Shown here: positions 43,201 to 55,799 of the stretch, piece by piece
Layout: every line of letters starts with the position of its first letter
Numbering within the stretch: position 1 is the stretch's first letter
Source: Eledone cirrhosa
Lineage: Eukaryota
DNA: 64,000 bases
Reading direction: 5' to 3'
Assembly (NCBI GenBank): GCA_964016885.1
Contig: OZ024742.1
Span: 337,900,001 to 337,964,000 of the forward strand
Program-made: the position numbers and the translations under genes
Notes under the pieces: model-generated
What the model saw: the letters and a program-made list of their open reading frames with translations, nothing else
What the model was told of the DNA's origin: nothing
Databases searched by the model: none

Positions 43201-46200
43201 GCTATGCTGGGGCAGCACACTCTTTTATTGGTTTCATTCATTAGACTGCGGCCATGCTGGGGCAGCACACTCTTTTACTGGTTTCATTCATTAGACTGCG
43301 GCCATGCTGGGGCAGCACACTCTTTTACTGGTTTCAGCCATTAGACTGCGGCCATGCTGGGGCAGCACACTCTTTTACTGGTTTCATTCATTAGACTGTG
43401 GCCATGCTGGGGCAGCACACTCTTTTACTGGTTTCATTCATTAGACTGTGGCTATGCTGGGGCAGCACACTCTTTTATTGGTTTCATTCATTAGACTGCG
43501 GCCATGCTGGGGCAGCACACTCTTTTACTGGTTTCATTCATTAGACTGCGGCCATGCTGGGGCAGCACACTCTTTTACTGGTTTCATTCATTAGACTGTG
43601 GCCATGCTGGGGCAGCACACTCTTTTACTGGTTTCATTCATTAGACTGTGGCCATGCTGGGGCAGCACACTCTTTTACTGGTTTCATTCATTAGACTGTG
43701 GCCATGCTGGGGCAGCACACTCTTTTACTGGTTTCATTCATTAGACTGTGGCCATGCTGGGGCAGCACACTCTTTTACTGGTTTCAGCCATTAGACTGCG
43801 GCCATGCTGGGGCAGCACACTCTTTTACTGGTTTCATTCATTAGACTGTGGCCATGCTGGGGCAGCACACTCTTTTACTGGTTTCATTCATTAGACTGTG
43901 GCTATGCTGGGGCAGCACACTCTTTTATTGGTTTCATTCATTAGACTGCGGCCATGCTGGGGCAGCACACTCTTTTACTGGTTTCATTCATTAGACTGCG
44001 GCCATGCTGGGGCAGCACACTCTTTTACTGGTTTCAGCCATTAGACTGCGGCCATGCTGGGGCAGCACACTCTTTTACTGGTTTCATTCATTAGACTGCG
44101 GCCATGCTGGGGCAGCACACTCTTTTACTGGTTTCATTCATTAGACTGCGGCCATGCTGGGGCAGCACACTCTTTTATTGGTTTCATTCATTAGACTGCG
44201 GCCATGCTGGGGCAGCACACTCTTTTACTGGTTTCATTCATTAGACTGTGGCCATGCTGGGGCAGCACACTCTTTTACTGGTTTCATTCATTAGACTGTG
44301 GCTATGCTGGGGCAGCACACTCTTTTACTGGTTTCATTCATTAGACTGCGGCCATGCTGGGGCAGCACACTCTTTTACTGGTTTCATTCATTAGACTGCG
44401 GCCATGCTGGGGCAGCACACTCTTTTACTGGTTTCATTCATTAGACTGCGGCCATGCTGGGGCAGCACACTCTTTTACTGGTTTCATTCATTAGACTGCG
44501 GCCATGCTGGGGCAGCACACTCTTTTACTGGTTTCATTCATTAGACTGCGGCCATGCTGGGGCAGCACACTCTTTTATTGGTTTCATTCATTAGACTGCG
44601 GCCATGCTGGGGCAGCACACTCTTTTACTGGTTTCACTCGTTAGACTGTGGCCATGCTGGGGCAGCACACTCTTTTACTGGTTTCAGCCATTAGACTGAG
44701 GCCATGCTGGGGCAGCACACTCTTTTACTGGTTTCATTCATTAGACTGCGGCCATGCTGGGGCAGCACACTCTTTTACTGGTTTCATTCATTAGACTGCG
44801 GCCATGCTGGGGCAGCACACTCTTTTATTGGTTTCATTCATTAGACTGCGGCCATGCTGGGGCAGCACACTCTTTTACTGGTTTCATTCATTAGACTGTG
44901 GCCATGCTGGGGCAGCACACTCTTTTACTGGTTTCATTCATTAGACTGTGGCTATGCTGGGGTAGCACACTCTTTTACTGGTTTCATTCATTAGACTGCG
45001 GCCATGCTGGGGCAGCACACTCTTTTATTGGTTTCATTCATTAGACTGCGGCCATGCTGGGGCAGCACACTCTTTTACTGGTTTCATTCATTAGACTGCG
45101 GCCATGCTGGGGCAGCACACTCTTTTACTGGTTTCATTCATTAGAGTGTGGCCATGCTGGGGCAGCACACTCTTTTACTGGTTTCATTCATTAGACTGCG
45201 GCCATGCTGGGGCAGCACACTCTTTTACTGGTTTCATTCATTAGACTGTGGCCATGCTGGGGCAGCACACTCTTTTACTGGTTTCATTCATTAGACTGCG
45301 GCCATGCTGGGGCAGCACACTCTTTTACTGGTTTCAGCCATTAGACTGCGGCCATGCTGGGGCAGCACACTCTTTTACTGGTTTCATTCATTAGACTGCG
45401 GCCATGCTGGGGCAGCACACTCTTTTACTGGTTTCATTCATTAGACTGCGGGCATGCTGGGGCAGCACACTCTTTTACTGGTTTCATTCATTAGACTGCG
45501 GCCATGCTGGGGCAGCACACTCTTTTATTGGTTTCATTCATTAGACTGCGGCCATGCTGGGGCAGCACACTCTTTTACTGGTTTCATTCATTAGACTGTG
45601 GCCATGCTGGGGCAGCACACTCTTTTACTGGTTTCATTCATTAGACTGTGGCCATGCTGGGGCAGCACACTCTTTTATTGGTTTCAGTCATTAGACTGCG
45701 GCCATGTTGGGGCAGCACACTCTTTTACTGGTTTCATTCATTAGACTGCGGCCATGCTGGGGCAGCACACTCTTTTATTGGTTTCATTCATTAGACTGTG
45801 GCCATGCTGGGGCAGCACACTCTTTTACTGGTTTCATTCATTAGACTGTGGCCATGCTGGGGCAGCACACTCTTTTATTGGTTTCAGTCATTAGACTGCG
45901 GCCATGTTGGGGCAGCACACTCTTTTACTGGTTTCATTCATTAGACTGCGGCTATGCTGGGGCAGCACACTCTTTTACTGGTTTCATTCATTAGACTGAG
46001 GCCATGCTGGGGCAGCACACTCTTTTACTGGTTTCATTCATTAGACTGTGGCCATGCTGGGGCAGCACACTCTTTTACTGGTTTCATTCATTAGACTGCG
46101 GCCATGCTGGGGCAGCACACTCTTTTACTGGTTTCATTCATTAGACTGTGGCCATGCTGGGGCAGCACACTCTTTTACTGGTTTCATTCATTAGACTGCG

Positions 46201-46900
46201 GCCATGCTGGGGCAGCACACTCTTTTACTGGTTTCATTCATTAGACTGTGGCCATGCTGGGGCAGCACACTCTTTTACTGGTTTCATTCATTAGACTGCG
46301 GCCATGCTGGGGCAGCACACTCTTTTACTGGTTTCATTCATTAGACTGCGGCCATGCTGGGGCAGCACACTCTTTTACTGGTTTCATTCATTAGACTGCG
46401 GCCATGCTGGGGCAGCACACTCTTTTACTGGTTTCATTCATTAGACTGTGGCCATGCTGGGGCAGCACACTCTTTTACTGGTTTCATTCATTAGACTGCG
46501 GCCATGCTGGGGCAGCACACTCTTTTACTGGTTTCATTCATTAGACTGCGGCCATGCTGGGGCAGCACACTCTTTTACTGGTTTCATTCATTAGACTGCG
46601 GCCATGCTGGGGCAGCACACTCTTTTACTGGTTTCATTCATTAGACTGCGGCCATGCTGGGGCAGCACACTCTTTTACTGGTTTCATTCATTAGACTGCG
46701 GCCATGCTGGGGCAGCACACTCTTTTACTGGTTTCATTCATTAGACTGTGGCCATGCTGGGGCAGCACACTCTTTTACTGGTTTCATTCATTAGACTGCG
46801 GCCATGCTGGGGCAGCACACTCTTTTACTGGTTTCATTCATTAGACTGCGGCCATGCTGGGGCAGCACACTCTTTTACTGGTTTCATTCATTAGACTGCG
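37095..46900. repeat. 4904-bp tandem duplication (98 monomers including one 54-mer): ~37095-41998 and ~41999-46900
   Basis: ORF pairs are 37350/42254 and 37544/42448. AGTGTGG 40241/45145 and CAGTCATT..CATGTT 40781/45685 also match at this offset. The block overlaps the 4304-bp duplication, so a ~3.1-kb core is present three times. Confidence 0.92.
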
Positions 46901-46949
46901 GCCATGCTGGGGCAGCACACTCTTTTACTGGTTTCATTCATTAGACTGT

Positions 46950-48450
46950 GGCCATGCTGGGGCAGCACACTCTTTTACTGGTTTCAGCCATTAGACTGAG
47001 GCCATGCTGGGGCAGCACACTCTTTTACTGGTTTCATTCATTAGACTGCGGCCATGCTGGGGCAGCACACTCTTTTATTGGTTTCAGCCATTAGACTGAG
47101 GCCATGCTGGGGCAGCACACTCTTTTACTGGTTTCATTCATTAGACTGCGGCCATGCTGGGGCAGCACACTCTTTTATTGGTTTCATTCATTAGACTGCG
47201 GCCATGCTGGGGCAGCACACTCTTTTACTGGTTTCATTCATTAGACTGTGGCCATGCTGGGGCAGCACACTCTTTTACTGGTTTCATTCATTAGACTGCG
47301 GCCATGCTGGGGCAGCACACTCTTTTACTGGTTTCATTCATTAGACTGTGGCCATGCTGGGGCAGCACACTCTTTTATTGGTTTCATTCATTAGACTGCG
47401 GCCATGCTGGGGTAGCACACTCTTTTACTGGTTTCATTCATTAGACTGCGGCCATGCTGGGGCAGCACACTCTTTTACTGGTTTCACTCGTTAGACTGTG
47501 GCCATGCTGGGGCAGCACACTCTTTTACTGGTTTCAGCCATTAGACTGAGGCCATGCTGGGGCAGCACACTCTTTTACTGGTTTCATTCATTAGACTGCG
47601 GCCATGCTGGGGCAGCACACTCTTTTATTGGTTTCAGCCATTAGACTGAGGCCATGCTGGGGCAGCACACTCTTTTACTGGTTTCATTCATTAGACTGCG
47701 GCCATGCTGGGGCAGCACACTCTTTTACTGGTTTCATTCATTAGACTGCGGCCATGCTGGGGCAGCACACTCTTTTACTGGTTTCACTCGTTAGACTGTG
47801 GCCATGCTGGGGCAGCACACTCTTTTACTGGTTTCAGCCATTAGACTGAGGCCATGCTGGGGCAGCACACTCTTTTACTGGTTTCATTCATTAGACTGCG
47901 GCCATGCTGGGGCAGCACACTCTTTTATTGGTTTCAGCCATTAGACTGAGGCCATGCTGGGGCAGCACACTCTTTTACTGGTTTCATTCATTAGACTGCG
48001 GCCATGCTGGGGCAGCACACTCTTTTATTGGTTTCATTCATTAGACTGCGGCCATGCTGGGGCAGCACACTCTTTTACTGGTTTCATTCATTAGACTGTG
48101 GCCATGCTGGGGCAGCACACTCTTTTACTGGTTTCATTCATTAGACTGCGGCCATGCTGGGGCAGCACACTCTTTTACTGGTTTCATTCATTAGACTGTG
48201 GCCATGCTGGGGCAGCACACTCTTTTATTGGTTTCATTCATTAGACTGCGGCCATGCTGGGGTAGCACACTCTTTTACTGGTTTCATTCATTAGACTGCG
48301 GCCATGCTGGGGCAGCACACTCTTTTACTGGTTTCACTCGTTAGACTGTGGCCATGCTGGGGCAGCACACTCTTTTACTGGTTTCAGCCATTAGACTGAG
48401 GCCATGCTGGGGCAGCACACTCTTTTACTGGTTTCATTCATTAGACTGCG
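46950..48450. repeat. 850-bp (17-monomer) local duplication
   Basis: GGTAGCAC at 47411/48261 and CACTCG at 47485/48335, with the same variant order around them. Confidence 0.78.
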
Positions 48451-49099
48451 GCCATGCTGGGGCAGCACACTCTTTTACTGGTTTCAGCCATTAGACTGAG
48501 GCCATGCTGGGGCAGCACACTCTTTTACTGGTTTCATTCATTAGACTGCGGCCATGCTGGGGCAGCACACTCTTTTACTGGTTTCAGCCATTAGACTGAG
48601 GCCATGCTGGGGCAGCACACTCTTTTACTGGTTTCATTCATTAGACTGCGGCCATGCTGGGGCAGCACACTCTTTTACTGGTTTCATTCATTAGACTGTG
48701 GCCATGCTGGGGCAGCACACTCTTTTACTGGTTTCATTCATTAGACTGCGGCCATGCTGGGGCAGCACACTCTTTTACTGGTTTCAGCCATTAGACTGAG
48801 GCCATGCTGGGGCAGTACACTCTTTTACTGGTTTCAGCCATTAGACTGAGGCCATGCTGGGGCAGCACACTCTTTTACTGGTTTCAGCCATTAGACTGCG
48901 GCCATGCTGGGGCAGCACACTCTTTTACTGGTTTCAGCCATTAGACTGAGGCCATGCTGGGGCAGCACACTCTTTTACTGGTTTCAGCCATTAGACTGAG
49001 GCCATGCTGGGGCAGCACACTCTTTTACTGGTTTCAGCCATTAGACTGCGGCCATGCTGGGGCAGCACACTCTTTTACTGGTTTCAGCCATTAGACTGC

Positions 49100-50790
49100 G
49101 GCCATGCTGGGGCAGCACACTCTTTTACTGGTTTCATTCATTACACTGTGGCCATGCTGGGGCAGCACACTCTTTTACTGGTTTCATTCATTCATTAGAC
49201 TGTGGCCATGCTGGGGCAGCACACTCTTTTACTGGTTTCATTCATTAGACTGCGGCCATGCTGGGGCAGCACACTCTTTTACTGGTTTCATTCATTAGAC
49301 TGCGGCCATGCTGGGGCAGCACACTCTTTTACTGGTTTCATTCATTACACTGTGGCCATGCTGGGGCAGCACACTCTTTTACTGGTTTCATTCATTCATT
49401 AGACTGTGGCCATGCTGGGGCAGCACACTCTTTTACTGGTTTCATTCATTAGACTGCGGCCATGCTGGGGCAGCACACTCTTTTACTGGTTTCATTCATT
49501 AGACTGCGGCCATGCTGGGGCAGCACACTCTTTTACTGGTTTCAGCCATTAGACTGTGGCCATGCTGGGGCAGCACACTCTTTTACTGGTTTCATTCATT
49601 AGACTGTGGCCATGCTGGGTCAGCACACTCTTTTACTGGTTTCATTCATTAGACTGTGGCCATGCTGGGGCAGCACACTCTTTTACTGGTTTCATTCATT
49701 ACACTGTGGCCATGCTGGGGCAGCACACTCTTTTACTGGTTTCATTCATTAGACTGTGGCCATGCTGGGGCAGCACACTCTTTTACTGGTTTCATTCATT
49801 ACACTGTGGCCATGCTGGGGCAGCACACTCTTTTACTGGTTTCATTCATTAGACTGTGGCCATGCTGGGGCAGCACACTCTTTTACTGGTTTCATTCATT
49901 ACACTGTGGCCATGCTGGGGCAGCACACTCTTTTACTGGTTTCATTCATTAGACTGTGGCCATGCTGGGGTAGCACACTCTTTTACTGGTTTCATTCATT
50001 AGACTGCGGCCATGCTGGGGCAGCACACTCTTTTACTGGTTTCATTCATTAGACTGCGGCCATGCTGGGGCAGCACACTCTTTTACTGGTTTCATTCATT
50101 AGACTGCGGCCATGCTGGGGCAGCACACTCTTTTACTGGTTTCAGCCATTAGACTGCGGCCATGCTGGGGCAGCACACTCTTTTACTGGTTTCAGCCATT
50201 AGACTGCGGCCATGCTGGGGCAGCACACTCTTTTACTGGTTTCATTCATTACACTGTGGCCATGCTGGGGCAGCACACTCTTTTACTGGTTTCATTCATT
50301 CATTAGACTGTGGCCATGCTGGGGCAGCACACTCTTTTACTGGTTTCATTCATTAGACTGCGGCCATGCTGGGGCAGCACACTCTTTTACTGGTTTCATT
50401 CATTCATTAGACTGTGGCCATGCTGGGGCAGCACACTCTTTTACTGGTTTCATTCATTAGACTGCGGCCATGCTGGGGCAGCACACTCTTTTACTGGTTT
50501 CATTCATTCATTAGACTGCGGCCATGCTGGGGCAGCACACTCTTTTACTGGTTTCATTCATTCATTAGACTGCGGCCATGCTGGGGCAGCACACTCTTTT
50601 ACTGGTTTCATTCATTCATTAGACTGCGGCCATGCTGGGGCAGCACACTCTTTTACTGGTTTCATTCATTCATTAGACTGTGGCCATGCTGGGGCAGCAC
50701 ACTCTTTTACTGGTTTCATTCATTACACTGTGGCCATGCTGGGGCAGCACACTCTTTTACTGGTTTCATTCATTCATTAGACTGTGGCCA
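49100..50790. repeat. Domain enriched in 54-bp (CATT)3 monomers
   Basis: Nine of the 23 54-mers lie here: 49153, 49357, 50261, 50365, 50469, 50523, 50577, 50631 and 50735. Confidence 0.9.
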
Positions 50791-53700
50791 TGCTGGGGCA
50801 GCACACTCTTTTACTGGTTTCATTCATTAGACTGCGGCCATGCTGGGGCAGCACACTCTTTTACTGGTTTCAGCCATTAGACTGTGGCCATGCTGGGGCA
50901 GCACACTCTTTTACTGGTTCCATTCATTAGACTGTGGCCATGCTGGGTCAGCACACTCTTTTACTGGTTTCATTCATTAGACTGTGGCCATGCTGGGGCA
51001 GCACACTCTTTTACTGGTTTCATTCATTACACTGTGGCCATGCTGGGGCAGCACACTCTTTTACTGGTTTCATTCATTAGACTGTGGCCATGCTGGGGCA
51101 GCACACTCTTTTACTGGTTTCATTCATTAGACTGTGGCCATGCTGGGGCAGCACACTCTTTTACTGGTTTCACTCGTTAGACTGTGGCCATGCTGGGGCA
51201 GCACACTCTTTTACTGGTTTCAGCCATTAGACTGCGGCCATGCTGGGGCAGCACACTCTTTTACTGGTTTCATTCTTTAGACTGAGGCCATGCTGGGGCA
51301 GCACACTCTTTTACTGGTTTCATTCATTAGACTGCGGCCATGCTGGGGCAGCACACTCTTTTATTGGTTTCATTCATTAGACTGAGGCCATGCTGGGGCA
51401 GCACACTCTTTTACTGGTTTCATTCATTAGACTGCGGCCATGCTGGGGCAGCACACTCTTTTATTGGTTTCATTCATTAGACTGCGGCCATGCTGGGGCA
51501 GCACACTCTTTTACTGGTTTCATTCATTAGACTGTGGCCATGCTGGGGCAGCACACTCTTTTACTGGTTTCAGCCATTAGACTGAGGCCATGCTGGGGCA
51601 GCACACTCTTTTACTGGTTTCAGCCATTAGACTGAGGCCATGCTGGGGCAGCACACTCTTTTACTGGTTTCAGCCATTAGACTGAGGCCATGCTGGGGTA
51701 GCACACTCTTTTACTGGTTTCATTCATTAGACTGCGGCCATGCTGGGGCAGCACACTCTTTTACTGGTTTCATTCATTAGACTGCGGCCATGCTGGGGCA
51801 GCACACTCTTTTATTGGTTTCATTCATTAGACTGCGGCCATGCTGGGGCAGCACACTCTTTTACTGGTTTCATTCATTAGACTGTGGCCATGCTGGGGCA
51901 GCACACTCTTTTACTGGTTTCATTCATTAGACTGTGGCTATGCTGGGTTAGCACACTCTTTTACTGGTTTCATTCATTAGACTGTGGCCATGCTGGGGCA
52001 GCACACTCTTTTACTGGTTTCATTCATTAGACTGCGGCCATGCTGGGGCAGCACACTCTTTTATTGGTTTCATTCATTAGACTGCGGCCATGCTGGGGCA
52101 GCACACTCTTTTACTGGTTTCATTCATTAGACTGCGGCCATGCTGGGGCAGCACACTCTTTTATTGGTTTCATTCATTAGACTGCGGCCATGCTGGGGCA
52201 GCACACTCTTTTACTGGTTTCATTCATTAGACTGCGGCCATGCTGGGGCAGCACACTCTTTTATTGGTTTCATTCATTAGACTGCGGCCATGCTGGGGCA
52301 GCACACTCTTTTACTGGTTTCATTCATTAGACTGCGGCCATGCTGGGGCAGCACACTCTTTTACTGGTTTCATTCATTAGACTGCGGCCATGCTGGGGCA
52401 GCACACTCTTTTACTGGTTTCATTCATTAGACTGCGGCCATGCTGGGGCAGCACACTCTTTTATTGGTTTCATTCATTAGACTGCGGCCATGCTGGGGCA
52501 GCACACTCTTTTACTGGTTTCATTCATTAGACTGCGGCCATGCTGGGGCAGCACACTCTTTTATTGGTTTCATTCATTAGACTGCGGCCATGCTGGGGCA
52601 GCACACTCTTTTACTGGTTTCATTCATTAGACTGCGGCCATGCTGGGGCAGCACACTCTTTTACTGGTTTCATTCATTAGACTGCGGCCATGCTGGGGCA
52701 GCACACTCTTTTACTGGTTTCATTCATTAGACTGTGGCTATGCTGGGGCAGCACACTCTTTTACTGGTTTCATTCATTAGACTGTGGCCATGCTGGGGCA
52801 GCACACTCTTTTACTGGTTTCATTCATTAGACTGTGGCTATGCTGGGGCAGCACACTCTTTTACTGGTTTCATTCATTAGACTGCGGCCATGCTGGGGCA
52901 GCACACTCTTTTACTGGTTTCAGCCATTAGACTGAGGCCATGCTGGGGCAGCACACTCTTTTACTGGTTTCAGCCATTAGACTGAGGCCATGCTGGGGTA
53001 GCACACTCTTTTACTGGTTTCATTCATTAGACTGCGGCCATGCTGGGGCAGCACACTCTTTTACTGGTTTCATTCATTAGACTGCGGCCATGCTGGGGCA
53101 GCACACTCTTTTATTGGTTTCATTCATTAGACTGCGGCCATGCTGGGGCAGCACACTCTTTTACTGGTTTCATTCATTAGACTGTGGCCATGCTGGGGCA
53201 GCACACTCTTTTACTGGTTTCATTCATTAGACTGTGGCTATGCTGGGGTAGCACACTCTTTTACTGGTTTCACTCGTTAGACTGTGGCCATGCTGGGGCA
53301 GCACACTCTTTTACTGGTTTCAGCCATTAGACTGAGGCCATGCTGGGGCAGCACACTCTTTTACTGGTTTCAGCCATTAGACTGAGGCCATGCTGGGGTA
53401 GCACACTCTTTTACTGGTTTCATTCATTAGACTGCGGCCATGCTGGGGCAGCACACTCTTTTACTGGTTTCATTCATTAGACTGCGGCCATGCTGGGGCA
53501 GCACACTCTTTTATTGGTTTCATTCATTAGACTGCGGCCATGCTGGGGCAGCACACTCTTTTACTGGTTTCATTCATTAGACTGTGGCCATGCTGGGGCA
53601 GCACACTCTTTTACTGGTTTCATTCATTAGACTGTGGCTATGCTGGGGTAGCACACTCTTTTACTGGTTTCATTCATTAGACTGCGGCCATGCTGGGGCA

Positions 53701-55799
53701 GCACACTCTTTTACTGGTTTCATTCATTAGACTGTGGCCATGCTGGGGCAGCACACTCTTTTACTGGTTTCATTCATTAGACTGTGGCTATGCTGGGGTA
53801 GCACACTCTTTTACTGGTTTCATTCATTAGACTGTGGCCATGCTGGGGCAGCACACTCTTTTACTGGTTTCATTCATTAGACTGCGGCCATGCTGGGGCA
53901 GCACACTCTTTTACTGGTTTCAGCCATTAGACTGTGGCCATGCTGGGGCAGCACACTCTTTTACTGGTTTCATTCATTAGACTGCGGCCATGCTGGGGCA
54001 GCACACTCTTTTACTGGTTTCAGCCATTAGACTGTGGCCATGCTGGGGCAGCACACTCTTTTACTGGTTTCATTCATTAGACTGCGGCCATGCTGGGGCA
54101 GCACACTCTTTTATTGGTTTCATTCATTAGACTGCGGCCATGCTGGGGCAGCACACTCTTTTACTGGTTTCATTCATTAGACTGTGGCCATGCTGGGGCA
54201 GCACACTCTTTTACTGGTTTCATTCATTAGACTGTGGCTATGCTGGGGTAGCACACTCTTTTACTGGTTTCATTCATTAGACTGTGGCCATGCTGGGGCA
54301 GCACACTCTTTTACTGGTTTCATTCATTAGACTGTGGCCATGCTGGGGCAGCACACTCTTTTATTGGTTTCAGCCATTAGACTGTGGCCATGCTGGGGCA
54401 GCACACTCTTTTACTGGTTTCATTCATTAGACTGCGGCCATGCTGGGGCAGCACACTCTTTTATTGGTTTCATTCATTAGACTGCGGCCATGCTGGGGCA
54501 GCACACTCTTTTACTGGTTTCACTCGTTAGACTGTGGCCATGCTGGGGCAGCACACTCTTTTACTGGTTTCATTCATTAGACTGCGGCCATGCTGGGGCA
54601 GCACACTCTTTTATTGGTTTCATTCATTAGACTGCGGCCATGCTGGGGCAGCACACTCTTTTACTGGTTTCATTCATTAGACTGTGGCTATGCTGGGGTA
54701 GCACACTCTTTTACTGGTTTCATTCATTAGACTGCGGCCATGCTGGGGCAGCACACTCTTTTACTGGTTTCATTCATTAGACTGCGGCCATGCTGGGGCA
54801 GCACACTCTTTTATTGGTTTCATTCATTAGACTGCGGCCATGCTGGGGCAGCACACTCTTTTACTGGTTTCATTCATTAGACTGTGGCCATGCTGGGGCA
54901 GCACACTCTTTTACTGGTTTCATTCATTAGACTGTGGCTATGCTGGGGTAGCACACTCTTTTACTGGTTTCATTCATTAGACTGCGGCCATGCTGGGGCA
55001 GCACACTCTTTTACTGGTTTCATTCATTAGACTGCGGCCATGCTGGGGCAGCACACTCTTTTACTGGTTTCATTCATTAGACTGAGGCCATGCTGGGGCA
55101 GCACACTCTTTTATTGGTTTCATTCATTAGACTGTGGCCATGCTGGGGCAGCACACTCTTTTATTGGTTTCAGCCATTAGACTGCGGCCATGCTGGGGCA
55201 GCACACTCTTTTACTGGTTTCATTCATTAGACTGAGGCCATGCTGGGGCAGCACACTCTTTTATTGGTTTCATTCATTAGACTGAGGCCATGCTGGGGCA
55301 GCACACTCTTTTATTGGTTTCATTCATTAGACTGTGGCCATGCTGGGGCAGCACACTCTTTTATTGGTTTCAGCCATTAGACTGCGGCCATGCTGGGGCA
55401 GCACACTCTTTTACTGGTTTCATTCATTAGACTGAGGCCATGCTGGGGCAGCACACTCTTTTATTGGTTTCATTCATTAGACTGCGGCCATGCTGGGGCA
55501 GCACACTCTTTTACTGGTTTCATTCATTAGACTGTGGCCATGCTGGGGCAGCACACTCTTTTACTGGTTTCATTCATTAGACTGTGGCTATGCTGGGGTA
55601 GCACACTCTTTTATTGGTTTCAGCCATTAGACTGTGGCCATGCTGGGGCAGCACACTCTTTTATTGGTTTCATTCATTAGACTGCGGCCATGCTGGGGCA
55701 GCACACTCTTTTACTGGTTTCATTCATTAGACAGTGGCTATGCTGGGGTAGCACACTCTTTTATTGGTTTCAGCCATTAGACTGAGGCCATGCTGGGGT

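Noticed and set aside
50310-50830. In-frame 18-aa peptide repeats (HSLDCGHAGAAHSFTGFI)n that look like a His/Cys metal-binding repeat protein
   Set aside because: This is a by-product of consecutive 54-bp monomers (54 is divisible by 3). A second overlapping frame is equally open and there is no gene context.
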